Origin: an uncultured Gammaproteobacteria bacterium
Lineage (GTDB): Bacteria; Patescibacteriota; Patescibacteriia; Magasanikbacterales; UBA922
Reading direction: 5' to 3'
Assembly (NCBI GenBank): GCA_964345045.1
Contig: CAYFPM010000001.1
Coordinates: forward strand, 172,215-236,214
DNA: 64,000 bases
Within the stretch, counting starts at the first letter, position 1. The number at the start of each line of letters is the position of its first letter. The notes beneath the pieces were generated by a model. That model was given only the letters and a program-made list of their open reading frames with translations, did not search any database and was not told the DNA's origin. The position numbers and the translations under genes are program-made. Below, piece after piece: positions 9,036 through 19,407 of the stretch.

Positions 9036-10490
9036 TTATTTATTTTTAGAACCTAGTCTAGCAACTTTGCGGTTGGCTAGTTTTTTTCCAGGGACTTTTT
9101 TTCTGGCAGAGCTAGCTTCGACAGCTTTTTTCAACATAGCCGAAGATTCTATCGCATCAAAAGCGTACATAGCAGCTATCAAAAAGATAGTATTGCTTAG
9201 AGCAAATACAATGGCTACCCAGTAAGGCCCGGCGGTCAAAGCTTTTTCTAGTAGGAGTTTAAAATCATCTTGAACATCTTTGTCTTGTCTTTTGTAAAAC
9301 CAAGCAGCTGCCAATATGGTTGGCAAAGTAGCTATGCCGGCGATAACAGGACCAATAACCGGGAAACCAATTGCTGGTATGGCTATTATATCACGGAATA
9401 CACAAAAGATTGAGAGGCTTGTAAAACCATCCAGTTCTCTAGCTTTTTTTCTTTTTTTTCGGGTAGCTTTTTCTTTTTCGGCTTCATCTTCGGCTTCTTC
9501 GGCTTTTCTTTGTCTTTTTTGTTTGCGGCGGTCTCTTTGTAGTTGTTCGGCTGCGGCTTTGTCTTTTTCTGGCGCCGTTGGTTCTTTTTCTTCTTCACCT
9601 TCTTCTTCGGTTGGGGCAGCTTCGGGTTCTGTTTCTTCTGGAGTTGGTTCTATAAAAGGTTTATAAGGTTTTTTTCCTTCTTCTTCCGGGATTTCCTCTC
9701 GAGGCTCAGCTTCTTCTGGTTCTTCTTCGGCTTCGGTTGGGACTTCGTCACTAGGTTCTTCCTCTTCTGGTTTTTCTTCCTCGACTGTGGTTGGGGCTTC
9801 ACCGCTAGGCTCAGCTTCTTCTGGTTCTTTTTTGTCTTCGGTAGGAACTTCGTCACTAGGTTCTTCTGGGAATTGTGTAAGAGGTTCTTCTTCTTTAGCC
9901 ACTGTTGGAATTTCTATACTAGGTTCGGCTGCAATTTCGGGTTCTTCTTTTGTAGGAGTGGGAGGGGCTGCTTCTTCTGGAGCTATTTCTTCTCCAACTT
10001 TTGTTGGGATTTCTTCGGTAGGTTCAACTGGTCCCTCCTCTTCTGCGGTTGGTATTTCAGCTTCTGGTTCAACTGGTGTAACTTCTTCCGTAGGTTCGGT
10101 TGCTTCTTCTATTTTAGGAGTTTCTGTTATTGGGGTTGGTTTGGCTGTTGGTGGGACTTCTGGTTCTTCTTTTTTTGGGATAGAAGGAGCTGCTTTGGGT
10201 GGCATTGGCGGTTCTTCGCCAAGTTCTTCGGGAAAGGCCAAATCAGGGGGAGCTGCGGTTGGTTTTTTTTCTTTGGTTTTTTCTTTTTCAACTACTTCGG
10301 TTTCAAATTCTAGATCTTTAAGTTCTTCTTCTATTTGTTTTTCCAAATCACTCTCAAGATTGGCTCCCAGTTGTTCTAGGGCTGCTTGGTCTTTGCGACG
10401 AGTTTCTCTTTTCTCTTTTTGCAGGCGCTCTGCTAATTCTTGCTCGTCTAATTCTTCATCATTTTTTTTCGCCAAAGAATTAGCGGCCAT
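9036..10490 (-). CDS. highly acidic E/P/K-rich repeat protein with C-terminal transmembrane helices
   Basis: 484 aa with reiterated EEPSDEVPTE / PEEAEP units. The DNA shows imperfect tandem repeats of about 96 bp around 9690-9880. The C-terminus carries 2-3 hydrophobic helices. Confidence 0.55.
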   Translation of the reverse strand: MAANSLAKKNDEELDEQELAERLQKEKRETRRKDQAALEQLGANLESDLEKQIEEELKDLEFETEVVEKEKTKEKKPTAAPPDLAFPEELGEEPPMPPKAAPSIPKKEEPEVPPTAKPTPITETPKIEEATEPTEEVTPVEPEAEIPTAEEEGPVEPTEEIPTKVGEEIAPEEAAPPTPTKEEPEIAAEPSIEIPTVAKEEEPLTQFPEEPSDEVPTEDKKEPEEAEPSGEAPTTVEEEKPEEEEPSDEVPTEAEEEPEEAEPREEIPEEEGKKPYKPFIEPTPEETEPEAAPTEEEGEEEKEPTAPEKDKAAAEQLQRDRRKQKRQRKAEEAEDEAEKEKATRKKRKKARELDGFTSLSIFCVFRDIIAIPAIGFPVIGPVIAGIATLPTILAAAWFYKRQDKDVQDDFKLLLEKALTAGPYWVAIVFALSNTIFLIAAMYAFDAIESSAMLKKAVEASSARKKVPGKKLANRKVARLGSKNK

Positions 10491-10498
10491 ATACTATT

Positions 10499-13018
10499 TT
10501 AAATTAGTTTGTATTGGTTGGCAGAATGAGTGAGGGTATAATTTTTTTTGCGTTTGTCTTTTTGCAAAATATTTATAAGCAATTCGTGCAAAACATTTTG
10601 GACTATATTGTCCAAGTTTCTCACGCCAGTGTCTTCTGTATAAGCGTTTTGGGCTAGCATTTTTATAACCTTGTTGTCTGGAACAATATTAAGATTTTGG
10701 GTTGATTTTAATTTTTGACTCATTTCTTCAATATTGTTTTTGATAATAGTTTCTACATGATTGGATTCTAGCGGATAAAAAGGAATAATATTTTGAATTC
10801 TAGCGGTGAGAGGATTACCAAATTCTGTTTTTATGGCATGCATTACACTTTTGTGAATTTCTTGGTTGTCTGATTTTTTTGTATTTCCAAATCCAATTCC
10901 GGCCGATTTGTAAAGTTCGGCACCAACATTACTAGTTAAGACAATTATAGAATGGTGTAGATATATTTTTTTACCGGCACTGTCTGTTAGTTCGCCTTCG
11001 TCTAGCATCTGCAAAAGCAATTTTTGAACATCTTTGTGAGCCCGATCAAATTCGTCAAAAAGCAAAACTGCATAAGGACGTTTTTTTAATTCGTCGGTAA
11101 AACGGTTTCTTTCTTTGTGACCAATGTATCCGGCGGGGGAACCAAGTAATTTTGATACACCGTGCGACTCAGCAAATTCGCTCATGTCTAGCTTTACCAA
11201 AGCTTTTTCATCTTTGAAAAGTTCCAAAGCTAGCTGCTTGGCCAAAGCTGTTTTGCCAACCCCACTAGGGCCTACAAACAAAAATGAAGCAAATGGTTTT
11301 TTATTGTTATGAAGTTTTAGATGAGATTGTTTTAAACTTTTTACCAAATTATTTATAACCGGATCTTGGCCAACTATATTCTTTTTCAAGTTTTCTTCGA
11401 TGGTGGATAGTTGTTCCCATTCATTTTTTAAAAGAAAATCTTTTGGGATATCTATTCTTCTGGCTACTACCTCTGCTACGTCTGCTTTGCCAACTTTGTC
11501 TTTTCTGTTTTTGGTTTTGCCACTTTGTTTTTTGGCTAGCATTATTTTTTGTCTAATTTCTTTTTCTTTGTTTTTTATAGTAAGTGCCAAATCAAATTTT
11601 TCGTGTTTTATAGCTTCTTCTTTTTGTTGTTCTATGTCTTCCAATTGTAGTTCTAATTTTTGTAATTTTTGTTCACCAAGAGGTGTTTTTCTTTTGGTGC
11701 GTACAGAGGCAGAAGCTTCGTCAATAAGATCAATAGCTTTGTCTGGCAAAAAATTGTCGTGAATATAGCGTTCGCTGTATTCTACCGCCGCTGCTATGGC
11801 ATCTTTGTCGATTTTTACGTTGTGAAATTCTTCGTAGTGTGGTTTGATTCCTTCCAAAATTTCTTTGGCTTCTTCGGTACTTGGTTCTTCTACATAAATT
11901 GGTTGAAATCTGCGTTCTAGAGCCGGATCACTGGTAATATGTTTTTTGTATTCGTCTAGGGTTGTAGCGCCTATACAATGCAATTTGCCTCGGGCCAAGG
12001 CTGGTTTCAATATGTTGGCAGCATCCATAGTGCCTTGGTTGGATCCAGCGCCAATAATGTTGTGGATTTCGTCTATAAAAAGAATGTAATCTGGTTTGCC
12101 AGAAACTTCGTCTATAATTTGCTTGAGCCTAGATTCAAACTCCCCACGATAAATTGTTCCAGCAATTAAGAGGGTTAGGTCTAGCGAAAGAATTTTTTTC
12201 TTTTTCAAAATATCTGGAACGTCTCCGGCTACAATACGTTTTGCTAGACCCTCTACAATAGCTGTTTTTCCTACACCTGGTTCTCCTAGTAAGACAGGAT
12301 TATTTTTGGTACGACGAGATAGTATATGAATTAATCTTTCGATTTCTTCTTCGCGACTAATAACCGGATCAGAGTTTTTGGCAATTTTTTTGTCGGTTAG
12401 ATTGGTGGCAAACATAGCTGTAGCCCCTGGAGATTTTTTGCTTTTGTTTTTTTGCAAACTTGGTAAGGGCGGCATTGGAGGGGGGTTGTCTTCTATCATG
12501 TCTTGCATTTGGTCCATGGTTTCTTCTATATCTTCGGCGTTTGGGAAACGATTGGTACTTTGCAAAACATTTTCTACTTCTTCTAGTACAGTTTCAAAAT
12601 TGATATTTTGGATAGAAAAAAGTTTGCTGACTTCTAAATCTGGATTTTTGGCAATGGCAGCCAAAAGGTGTTCGGTACCAATATAATTTTGTTCTCTTTC
12701 GTAGGCTATTAGCATAGCGCGCTCCAAAATTTTCTTGGTTTCGTTTGATAGTTCGGGCAGGGTAGTGGTAATGGCTTTTTTCTCTTTTACCACTGGTTCT
12801 ATTTTTTTCTCTTCCAAAAATTTTAGAATTATTTTGGTATCTAGTTTTAGTCTAAAAAGAATTTCGGAGGCAACAGCTCCGGTTTCTTCGGCCAAAGCCA
12901 ACAAAATATGCACGGGTTTTACTCTGGGGTGAGACAAACTGGCTGCAATAGAAATAGATCTGGCGATGGTGTTTTTGAGATGACTGGAGAAATTTTCTAA
13001 GAATTTTTCTGGTTTCAT
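10499..13018 (-). CDS. clpC: Clp ATPase chaperone, ClpC-type (two AAA+ modules, short UVR-like linker)
   Basis: Clp_N repeats. Walker A in D1 (GEPGVGKTA) and D2 (GPSGVGKTA). The linker between modules is about 50 aa ([22 protein letters not shown]), which is ClpC-like rather than the long ClpB M-domain. 839 aa. Confidence 0.8.
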   Translation of the reverse strand: MKPEKFLENFSSHLKNTIARSISIAASLSHPRVKPVHILLALAEETGAVASEILFRLKLDTKIILKFLEEKKIEPVVKEKKAITTTLPELSNETKKILERAMLIAYEREQNYIGTEHLLAAIAKNPDLEVSKLFSIQNINFETVLEEVENVLQSTNRFPNAEDIEETMDQMQDMIEDNPPPMPPLPSLQKNKSKKSPGATAMFATNLTDKKIAKNSDPVISREEEIERLIHILSRRTKNNPVLLGEPGVGKTAIVEGLAKRIVAGDVPDILKKKKILSLDLTLLIAGTIYRGEFESRLKQIIDEVSGKPDYILFIDEIHNIIGAGSNQGTMDAANILKPALARGKLHCIGATTLDEYKKHITSDPALERRFQPIYVEEPSTEEAKEILEGIKPHYEEFHNVKIDKDAIAAAVEYSERYIHDNFLPDKAIDLIDEASASVRTKRKTPLGEQKLQKLELQLEDIEQQKEEAIKHEKFDLALTIKNKEKEIRQKIMLAKKQSGKTKNRKDKVGKADVAEVVARRIDIPKDFLLKNEWEQLSTIEENLKKNIVGQDPVINNLVKSLKQSHLKLHNNKKPFASFLFVGPSGVGKTALAKQLALELFKDEKALVKLDMSEFAESHGVSKLLGSPAGYIGHKERNRFTDELKKRPYAVLLFDEFDRAHKDVQKLLLQMLDEGELTDSAGKKIYLHHSIIVLTSNVGAELYKSAGIGFGNTKKSDNQEIHKSVMHAIKTEFGNPLTARIQNIIPFYPLESNHVETIIKNNIEEMSQKLKSTQNLNIVPDNKVIKMLAQNAYTEDTGVRNLDNIVQNVLHELLINILQKDKRKKNYTLTHSANQYKLI

Positions 13019-13034
13019 AAGGACGCAGATTTCA

Positions 13035-13120
13035 CTGATTTTATCGAAAGATTACGCAGATTTTTATGCTAAATTTATAATCTGCGTAATCAAAATAAAT
13101 CTGAGAAATCAGTATTTAAA
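13035..13120. promoter_or_regulatory. Nested inverted repeats (candidate operator) in the clpC upstream region
   Basis: Outer ACTGATTT...AAATCAGT, inner TTACGCAGAT-N25-ATCTGCGTAA, plus a third direct ACGCAGAT copy at 13022-13029. Lies in the divergent promoter region between clpC and the PMM/PGM gene. Confidence 0.35.
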
Positions 13121-13210
13121 ATTGCCTAAATTATGCGGATAGTATATATTTGTAGGGGTATAAAGTCAACTGGGACTTTTGCTATTATTTAGCTAATTTA
13201 AAAGTTTTTT

Positions 13211-14572
13211 ATGCTTCCAAGCACTTTGTTTCGCAATTATGATATAAGAGGGGAATATGGCCAAGAATTAACAGCTGAAGCTGTTTATACTATTGCCAAA
13301 GCCTATGCCAAGCTAGCCAAGCCCAAAAAAGTTATTATTGGCTCAGACGCCAGAATTTCTTCGCCAGAATTAAAAGCCGCTGCTACCAAAGGCTTGCTAG
13401 AAATGGGGGTAGATGTAAGGGATGTAGGTATGGTGTCTACAGATGTAGTTTACTTTGCCACTTGGCACGAAAAATGTGATGGGGGAATTATGATTACGGC
13501 TTCTCACATGCCCAAACAGTTTAATGGCATGAAATTCTTGCGTTTGAATGACAAAGGTATGCTTGAGCCAATAGGTAAAGGTATGGGAATGGAAGAATTG
13601 GAACGAATAGTAAACGAAATGAATAAAGATGAAAAGGCAGAAAAGAATGGTGAATTGGTAGAAGAAAAAATTTGGGACAAGTACATTGATTTTGTAAAAA
13701 GTTTTGTAGACATGGATAGTATAAAAGGGTTGAAAGTGGTAATGGATGCAGGCAATGGTATGGGGGGGCTAGTAGCAGAAAAACTTTTTGCAGGGCTTGG
13801 TATAGAAATTGTGCCAATGTTTTTTGAACCAGATGGCACTTATCCAAATCACGAGCCAAATCCTTTTATTGCCAAAAATAGATTAGATATCGAAAATAAA
13901 ATTAGAGAAACTGGAGCAGACATTGGGATAGCTTGGGATGCAGATTGTGATCGTTGCTACTTTTTGGACGAGAATGCCAAGTTTGTAAACGGCGATTTGA
14001 TTACTGCTTTCTTGGCAATTGATTTTATAAAGAAAAATCCAGGCACAGCTATTGTCTACGATTTGCGTTCTTCTTGGGCTGTAAAAGATTGGATAGAAAA
14101 ACTAGGAGGCAAAGCTATAATTGAAAAAGTTGGTCACTCTTATATAAAGGCTACTATGGCCAAGCACGATGCAGTGTTTGGGGGCGAGGTCAGTGGTCAT
14201 TATTATTTTTCCAAAAACAAGTACATGGACAATGGTTTTATACCAGCGGTAATTGTGCTAGAAATGCTAGCCAAGTCTGGAAAGAAGTTTTCCGAAATGA
14301 TTGCTGAGCTAGGTGAATACAATTTGTCTGGGGAGATTAATTTTAAAGTTGCCGACACGCAAGTTATTTTGGAAAAAATAGAAGCAGCTTTTGCTGATGC
14401 TAGCTTAAATAAGCTAGATGGTTTATCTGTAGACTATGCTGATTGGCATTTCAATGTGCGTCCTTCGGCCAACGATCCAGTGCTGCGACTTAATCTCGAA
14501 GCCAAGAGTGCAGAGCTTTTGCAAGAGAAGCTAGAAGTTGTAAGAGGGATTATTGGTGGGGAGGAGGTTTAG
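13211..14572 (+). CDS. phosphomannomutase/phosphoglucomutase family protein
   Basis: Active-site serine loop ITASHMP (TASHNP-type), metal-binding DADCDR loop, four-domain length of 453 aa. Confidence 0.75.
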   Translation: MLPSTLFRNYDIRGEYGQELTAEAVYTIAKAYAKLAKPKKVIIGSDARISSPELKAAATKGLLEMGVDVRDVGMVSTDVVYFATWHEKCDGGIMITASHMPKQFNGMKFLRLNDKGMLEPIGKGMGMEELERIVNEMNKDEKAEKNGELVEEKIWDKYIDFVKSFVDMDSIKGLKVVMDAGNGMGGLVAEKLFAGLGIEIVPMFFEPDGTYPNHEPNPFIAKNRLDIENKIRETGADIGIAWDADCDRCYFLDENAKFVNGDLITAFLAIDFIKKNPGTAIVYDLRSSWAVKDWIEKLGGKAIIEKVGHSYIKATMAKHDAVFGGEVSGHYYFSKNKYMDNGFIPAVIVLEMLAKSGKKFSEMIAELGEYNLSGEINFKVADTQVILEKIEAAFADASLNKLDGLSVDYADWHFNVRPSANDPVLRLNLEAKSAELLQEKLEVVRGIIGGEEV

Positions 14573-14578
14573 TCTTTT

Positions 14579-15271
14579 ATGGAAGAAAAAACTACAAATG
14601 TTTCGGCAGGTGAACTGAATTATGATTCTTACGAATCAAATATTTATGACGAAGATATTGTTCGTTCGATTCCTGGACATGAAGAACTGCACCAAGAAAT
14701 AGAAAAAGTTATAGAAGAGAAAAAACCAGAAAGAATTTTAGAGCTGGGTGTGGGGACTGGTCTTACTTCGGAAAAGATTTTAAAGATTGTACCGGAGGCA
14801 AAATTAATTGTAGTTGATTTTTCCGGGCAGATGCTAAGTGGTGCAAAAAAGAGATTAGAAAATTTCGAGGTTGAGTTTATTTTGGGAGATTATTCGGAAA
14901 TTGATTTTGGAAAAGATTTTGATATGGTGGTGTCTATAATTGGTATACATCATCAAAAACACGAAGGCAAGAAAAAACTTTTTAAAAAGATTTTTGAATC
15001 TTTAAAAGATGGTGGAGTGTTTGTCTTTGGAGATCTTATGACTTATGAAGACAAGAAAAAAGCTGCTTTTAACGATGCCAAGCATTTTCATCACTTGGTA
15101 GAGAATGCTAGAAGTGAAGAAGCTTTGGAAGACTGGGCACATCATCACAAATACTTAAATTTGTTAGCGCCATTAAAAGACCAAACTAAGTGGCTAGAAG
15201 AAATTGGTTTTTCTAAGGTAGAAAAACTTTATGAAAAATTTAATACAGTGCTTTTGGTGGCTACGAAATAA
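14579..15271 (+). CDS. class I SAM-dependent methyltransferase
   Basis: Motif I ILELGVGTGLTS. About 230 aa Rossmann-fold methyltransferase. Confidence 0.6.
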   Translation: MEEKTTNVSAGELNYDSYESNIYDEDIVRSIPGHEELHQEIEKVIEEKKPERILELGVGTGLTSEKILKIVPEAKLIVVDFSGQMLSGAKKRLENFEVEFILGDYSEIDFGKDFDMVVSIIGIHHQKHEGKKKLFKKIFESLKDGGVFVFGDLMTYEDKKKAAFNDAKHFHHLVENARSEEALEDWAHHHKYLNLLAPLKDQTKWLEEIGFSKVEKLYEKFNTVLLVATK

Positions 15272-15272
15272 A

Positions 15273-15303
15273 AAAATCATCCTGAGTCAGGATGATTTTT
15301 TTA
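15273..15303. terminator. Bidirectional terminator hairpin (ATCATCCTGA-GT-CAGGATGAT with A/T runs)
   Basis: Perfect palindrome between convergent genes (methyltransferase + / DMT-like -). Confidence 0.6.
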
Positions 15304-15705
15304 TAAAGAAAGTAAGATTATCGCAGATACTCCAAGGAGTATTCCTGCCAATTTTGTAAGAGTTATTTTTTCGGCCAAAAATAGCACGCCAAGCAGAATT
15401 GTGACTAGCAAGGCTAAGTTTCTAATAGGTACTACCACATGTAGTTTGCCTGTTTTTAGAGCTAAAAAAAAGAATACTTGAGCCAAACCTGCTAGCAAAC
15501 CACCAATGATTAAGAATTTTAAATCTCCGGTGTTAAATTTTGTTTTTTCTATAATTGCCAATGATCCTAGAATCACCAAGTGACTAGCAATAAAAATACT
15601 GGCTCCAATTCCAACCGAGAAATTTGGTGTTCCTAATTTGTAAAAGAAAACTCCCGAACCAAAGAAAACCATGGCCAAAAGAGAGTACAAAATAGATGCA
15701 GACAT
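15301..15705 (-). CDS. small 4-TM membrane protein, EamA/DMT-like
   Basis: 134 aa with four predicted helices, resembling a single EamA domain. Confidence 0.4.
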   Translation of the reverse strand: MSASILYSLLAMVFFGSGVFFYKLGTPNFSVGIGASIFIASHLVILGSLAIIEKTKFNTGDLKFLIIGGLLAGLAQVFFFLALKTGKLHVVVPIRNLALLVTILLGVLFLAEKITLTKLAGILLGVSAIILLSL

Positions 15706-15777
15706 AATTTAAAAAATGTTATATAGAACACAAAGAGATCCTTCGACTCCGCTGCGCTTCGCTCAGGATGACTTTTG

Positions 15778-16341
15778 CTAGAATATTTTGTTTTTTAATT
15801 CTTCCAAATTATTGTTTAGTTTACTCTTGGTAACTAGATCGGAGATTTCTTTGCCTAGAAAGTCGTCGCTAAGGACAGCTTCTACAAATTCGTCAAAATT
15901 AACTTCTTTAACTTCTATAATCTCGCCAGCATCTAGTTTTTGTTCGGCTACTTTGTGGCAGCCCTTGGCAATGTAGAGGTAAATATGCCAATCCATTTTG
16001 GTATAGGGCTCTACTACTTTTACCAGCTCCCAGCTCTTGGCCGCTAGCCCAGCTTCTTCTAGCAGTTCTCTTTTGGCAGCGTCCATTGGGTCTTCGCCTT
16101 CGTCTACTCGGCCACCAAATAGAGTTAAAAAATTTTTCTTGGTGGGTTGAGATTCTAGCCCAATAAAAACTTTTTCATTTTCGCCAGTGGCAATTATTTG
16201 TACAGTGTCCGGACGCTTGAGCATTTCAAAAATTTCTTTGGAACCATCGAACATTTCTTGCTCCCACTGGTAGGTGTCAAACATTACTCCTTTAAAAACT
16301 AATTTGGCGTTGTCTGGGATTTTCATAAGCGCTGATTTCAT
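15778..16341 (-). CDS. NUDIX hydrolase
   Basis: Nudix box GGRVDEGEDPMDAAKRELLEEAGL (GX5EX7REUXEEXGU). Confidence 0.7.
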   Translation of the reverse strand: MKSALMKIPDNAKLVFKGVMFDTYQWEQEMFDGSKEIFEMLKRPDTVQIIATGENEKVFIGLESQPTKKNFLTLFGGRVDEGEDPMDAAKRELLEEAGLAAKSWELVKVVEPYTKMDWHIYLYIAKGCHKVAEQKLDAGEIIEVKEVNFDEFVEAVLSDDFLGKEISDLVTKSKLNNNLEELKNKIF

Positions 16342-16371
16342 TGATTATATATAGATTACACAAATTGTTTG

Positions 16372-16890
16372 TTACATTTTTCTAGAGTCATAAGCCCAGT
16401 GGAGTAGGGCTTGGCGTTGTTTGGGGCGGCAGGTGGTGTCTCCTTTGCGACAATTTTTCTTTATTTGGGCAGCGTGTCTTCTTATAGCTTTCCAGCGTTT
16501 TATTTGTCTTTGGTCTTCTTCTGGCAAACGCCTACCCATGTAGTAGCGACAGTACCATTGGAACCAGCCGCGTGGATCATGTTCTTCGTTGATCCAGCCT
16601 TTTTTTCTCCAAACAGAAATAGGTTGTGAAGCCCGAATCCCAAAGTAGTTTAGACTATCATCGTGTTTGTCTTTTGACATTTTGGCACGAGCAAACCAGC
16701 TTTTTGGGAATTCTTTTTGGCAATCTGTTAGATACTGTCCACCAAATACTCCAAGTTCTAGCATCTCTTTGGGGGTGAGCTGTGGTTTGAATTCTTTATC
16801 AAAATTTTTGCCTACGGGTTCGGTTAGTTCGTATTTGTAACCTTTTTGTCGGGTGTCAGTTATTTTGATTATTTTTTTCTTCCCTCGCAT
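16372..16890 (-). CDS. conserved hypothetical protein (basic, Trp/Cys-rich C-terminus)
   Basis: 172-aa ORF with GWFQWYCRYYMGRR and Cys pairs. No family assigned from sequence alone. Confidence 0.45.
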   Translation of the reverse strand: MRGKKKIIKITDTRQKGYKYELTEPVGKNFDKEFKPQLTPKEMLELGVFGGQYLTDCQKEFPKSWFARAKMSKDKHDDSLNYFGIRASQPISVWRKKGWINEEHDPRGWFQWYCRYYMGRRLPEEDQRQIKRWKAIRRHAAQIKKNCRKGDTTCRPKQRQALLHWAYDSRKM

Positions 16891-16916
16891 ATTTTTATCA
16901 TGTTATTTTTGCCTGT

Positions 16917-16998
16917 TATTGCGAGGGAGCGATAGCGACCGTTGCAATCTCGTAAAGAAAGTATTAGAGATTGCTACGCCCTTCGGGCTCGCAATGAC
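16917..16998. repeat. Inverted pair of ~35-nt elements (GATTGCnACnCCCTTCGnnCTCGCAATGAC family) forming a long hairpin
   Basis: ATTGCGAGGGAGCGATAGCGACCGTTGCAATCTC ... GAGATTGCTACGCCCTTCGGGCTCGCAATG. Related single copies occur at 20040-20105 and (partial) 15737-15775. Confidence 0.4.
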
Positions 16999-17009
16999 AG
17001 AATAGAAAA

Positions 17010-17735
17010 CTATCTTTTTAATTTTTTACTTAACTTTTTGATTTCTTTGCCAATGCTAAAATTTAATTTGTCATCTATATAAGCGGCAACTAGTGCCATA
17101 ATAGTAAATAGTAGAGCAAATTGGCAATAGATAGAAGGGAACTGAGCCTCTAGGGCTGGGAAGATCATAATAAGCAAAAGTGGGGGAGCAATGGTAATAA
17201 GAACGGTAATCATGATTACTAAATGGGAGATTATTTTTCTTTTGTTGCTTTCGTTTTTGATTTGGAATAATAGATAAAAAAGCATGGCGACTATAAAAGA
17301 GAAATAATAAAGCCAATAAACAATAGCCGGCCAGCCACTAATTTCTGGAGTGGTAAAAAAGTTTTGTGAGATTATAAACAAATGGCCACATTCGGCGTTA
17401 GCAACAAAATTATTGTTGGCCAAAGCTATAACGACAAAAATAAAAACCGGTAGATAAACTAAAAATCGGTTGAATTTTTTTTTGGTATAAACCAATACAA
17501 AGTCCAAGCCCAAGGCTGGCAAGAAAGTATAGGTGATAAAGCCAATTTTGCCCCAGGTCTGGTAGTCGCCAGTGGTACAAAACATAAATTCGCTAAATTG
17601 GTAGAAGCCAAGAGTAAAAATAAACAGAGCCAAAAATCTGGCAAAGGTAGATTTTTGGTAGCGGATATAGATAAAGGCGGCAACGGCAAATTCTATGGCC
17701 GCAGTCGATAAGGATATTTTTGGGGTGTAACACAT
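17010..17735 (-). CDS. polytopic membrane protein, hypothetical
   Basis: 241 aa with about 7 hydrophobic helices. Confidence 0.45.
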   Translation of the reverse strand: MCYTPKISLSTAAIEFAVAAFIYIRYQKSTFARFLALFIFTLGFYQFSEFMFCTTGDYQTWGKIGFITYTFLPALGLDFVLVYTKKKFNRFLVYLPVFIFVVIALANNNFVANAECGHLFIISQNFFTTPEISGWPAIVYWLYYFSFIVAMLFYLLFQIKNESNKRKIISHLVIMITVLITIAPPLLLIMIFPALEAQFPSIYCQFALLFTIMALVAAYIDDKLNFSIGKEIKKLSKKLKR

Positions 17736-17775
17736 ATTTTGGTTGATTAGTTGATTGGTTTATTGGGCTAATATT

Positions 17776-18783
17776 TTATAAAAATAAATTAAACAAATAA
17801 CCGATTAATAAAACTTGAGGAACAGTAATAATTGGCAGCCAAATAGCTGTACGTTTGCCGATGTTGGTCCAGATTAATCCGATCTCTGTGTAGTCTGTTA
17901 CTGCCCCAGCCATAAGGAATACAAAAGGGTTCCCAAGTGAACCAACTTGTTTATAAATTTCAAAGGCTATTGGAGAACTACCTTCGCTACAGATTTCTAT
18001 AATGGTAGCTACAACAAGGGTCAAGAGCAATCCCCAAAAACTTGCATTGAGGTAATGTACAAATACATGGCCTGGTACATAGGCTTGGATAAATACTGCT
18101 GCCAAAAAACCAATTAGAATCCACCACAAAACCATGTTTGAAAGGCTGACTGTGCCGGCTAGCACACCATGCAAACTTTGTTTAAAATTAAAGTTTTTAA
18201 ATCTTTCCCAGTTATATTTTTCTTGCAAATTAATATTTAAACTACTTTCTACAAGTTTTAATTTTTCTAGCAAAGTAAAAGTAAACCCAGTTATAACCGC
18301 AACTAGCATGGCTGCCAAAATAAAGTAGACAGCTCCCCATCCAAAAAAGCTAAAAAGTAAAATAGTAACAGGTAGATTGGCCCAGGGGGATGCAAGTAGA
18401 AATGTAATAATGGCTGGAATGCTGGCGCCTTTTTTGTAGAGTTGAATAGAAATTGCCAGTATTCCGTGCGAGCAGGCAGAGAGCAAGAATCCAGCGATAA
18501 CTGCAAAAAGGATTGAGCTTTTTTTCTTTTGTCCTAGGTATTTGTAAATAAATTGATCGGGAACAAAGTAATCGATAATGCCACCAAAAAACAGACCTAG
18601 CAAAACTGCCCACCAAATTAGTTTGGCGTAGCTAAGAAAACTTTGGTTTAAGTTTTCTAGACCGGGTATAAATGAAACTGCAAATAGAATAATAAATATT
18701 AAGCTAGTAATTTTTAACTTTTTGCCCAGCTTTATTTTTGGCTGTCTTTTTGTGTTTGGGTTGTGGCAGCTATGATTCTCCAT
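17776..18783 (-). CDS. putative permease (UPF0718/DUF318-like, two repeated CS-x-G...P half-domains)
   Basis: SACSHGILAIS...IPAIITFL and CSEGSSPIAFEIY repeats within a polytopic membrane protein. Confidence 0.45.
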   Translation of the reverse strand: MENHSCHNPNTKRQPKIKLGKKLKITSLIFIILFAVSFIPGLENLNQSFLSYAKLIWWAVLLGLFFGGIIDYFVPDQFIYKYLGQKKKSSILFAVIAGFLLSACSHGILAISIQLYKKGASIPAIITFLLASPWANLPVTILLFSFFGWGAVYFILAAMLVAVITGFTFTLLEKLKLVESSLNINLQEKYNWERFKNFNFKQSLHGVLAGTVSLSNMVLWWILIGFLAAVFIQAYVPGHVFVHYLNASFWGLLLTLVVATIIEICSEGSSPIAFEIYKQVGSLGNPFVFLMAGAVTDYTEIGLIWTNIGKRTAIWLPIITVPQVLLIGYLFNLFL

Positions 18784-18870
18784 AGTTGTCGTAGTTCTCG
18801 TTCATTAATTGACTAGAATGTTTTTATGTCCATCTATTTTATCACAATTTGGCTTTATTATTGACATTTT

Positions 18871-19227
18871 TTGTTTTTTCATTTAGTTTCGATAGTGGAG
18901 GTGTCCATGGACAATTTGCAAAAACTCATCAGTGGTTTTGAGCGAGATGTACGCTATCCGATGCATACTCTGCGAGCCGAAGTGGGGAGGTCTACAGCTT
19001 CTCAGCAGATTCAAAAGATGGGGACAGCGGCCTTTGCGGCGATTGCCGAGCACTTGGCAGCAATCCCTCCTGGAGATCGTGATTCAAATCTATGCGAAGC
19101 TTGGATCCTGTTGTTGTGTTGGATGGGGCAGGATCTGAATATCGCTAGAGAAGATATGCCAAATGGTATCACTCACCAGTTTACCGACGATTGGATCGAG
19201 TGGGCTCGTAGCAACGCAGCCAACTAA
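18871..19227 (+). CDS. hypothetical protein (GC-rich island gene; the true start may be the internal Met at 18907)
   Basis: GC3-rich frame. A hairpin terminator follows at 19284-19316. Confidence 0.4.
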   Translation: MFFHLVSIVEVSMDNLQKLISGFERDVRYPMHTLRAEVGRSTASQQIQKMGTAAFAAIAEHLAAIPPGDRDSNLCEAWILLLCWMGQDLNIAREDMPNGITHQFTDDWIEWARSNAAN

Positions 19228-19407
19228 GGGGATTCCCGTAGCTACAATTCTTTTACCGGCAAGAGAGGCTCGGGAAAATTCAAAAACAGCTTTTCGTAAA
19301 GGCTGTTTTTGTTTGGTATAATTAAAAAGTTAGCCACAGCTCCCCCTTGACAAAAAGGGGAGAATATATTAACAATAAGTTAGGCGTAAAGCCAAAAGGA
19401 GTCGTTC

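Noticed and set aside
9543-10313. 256-aa Phe/Trp/Gly-rich ORF on the + strand
   Set aside because: It is the antisense reading of the GAA/GAG-rich acidic repeat gene (9036..10490 -). The low-complexity composition is an artefact of the complementary strand.
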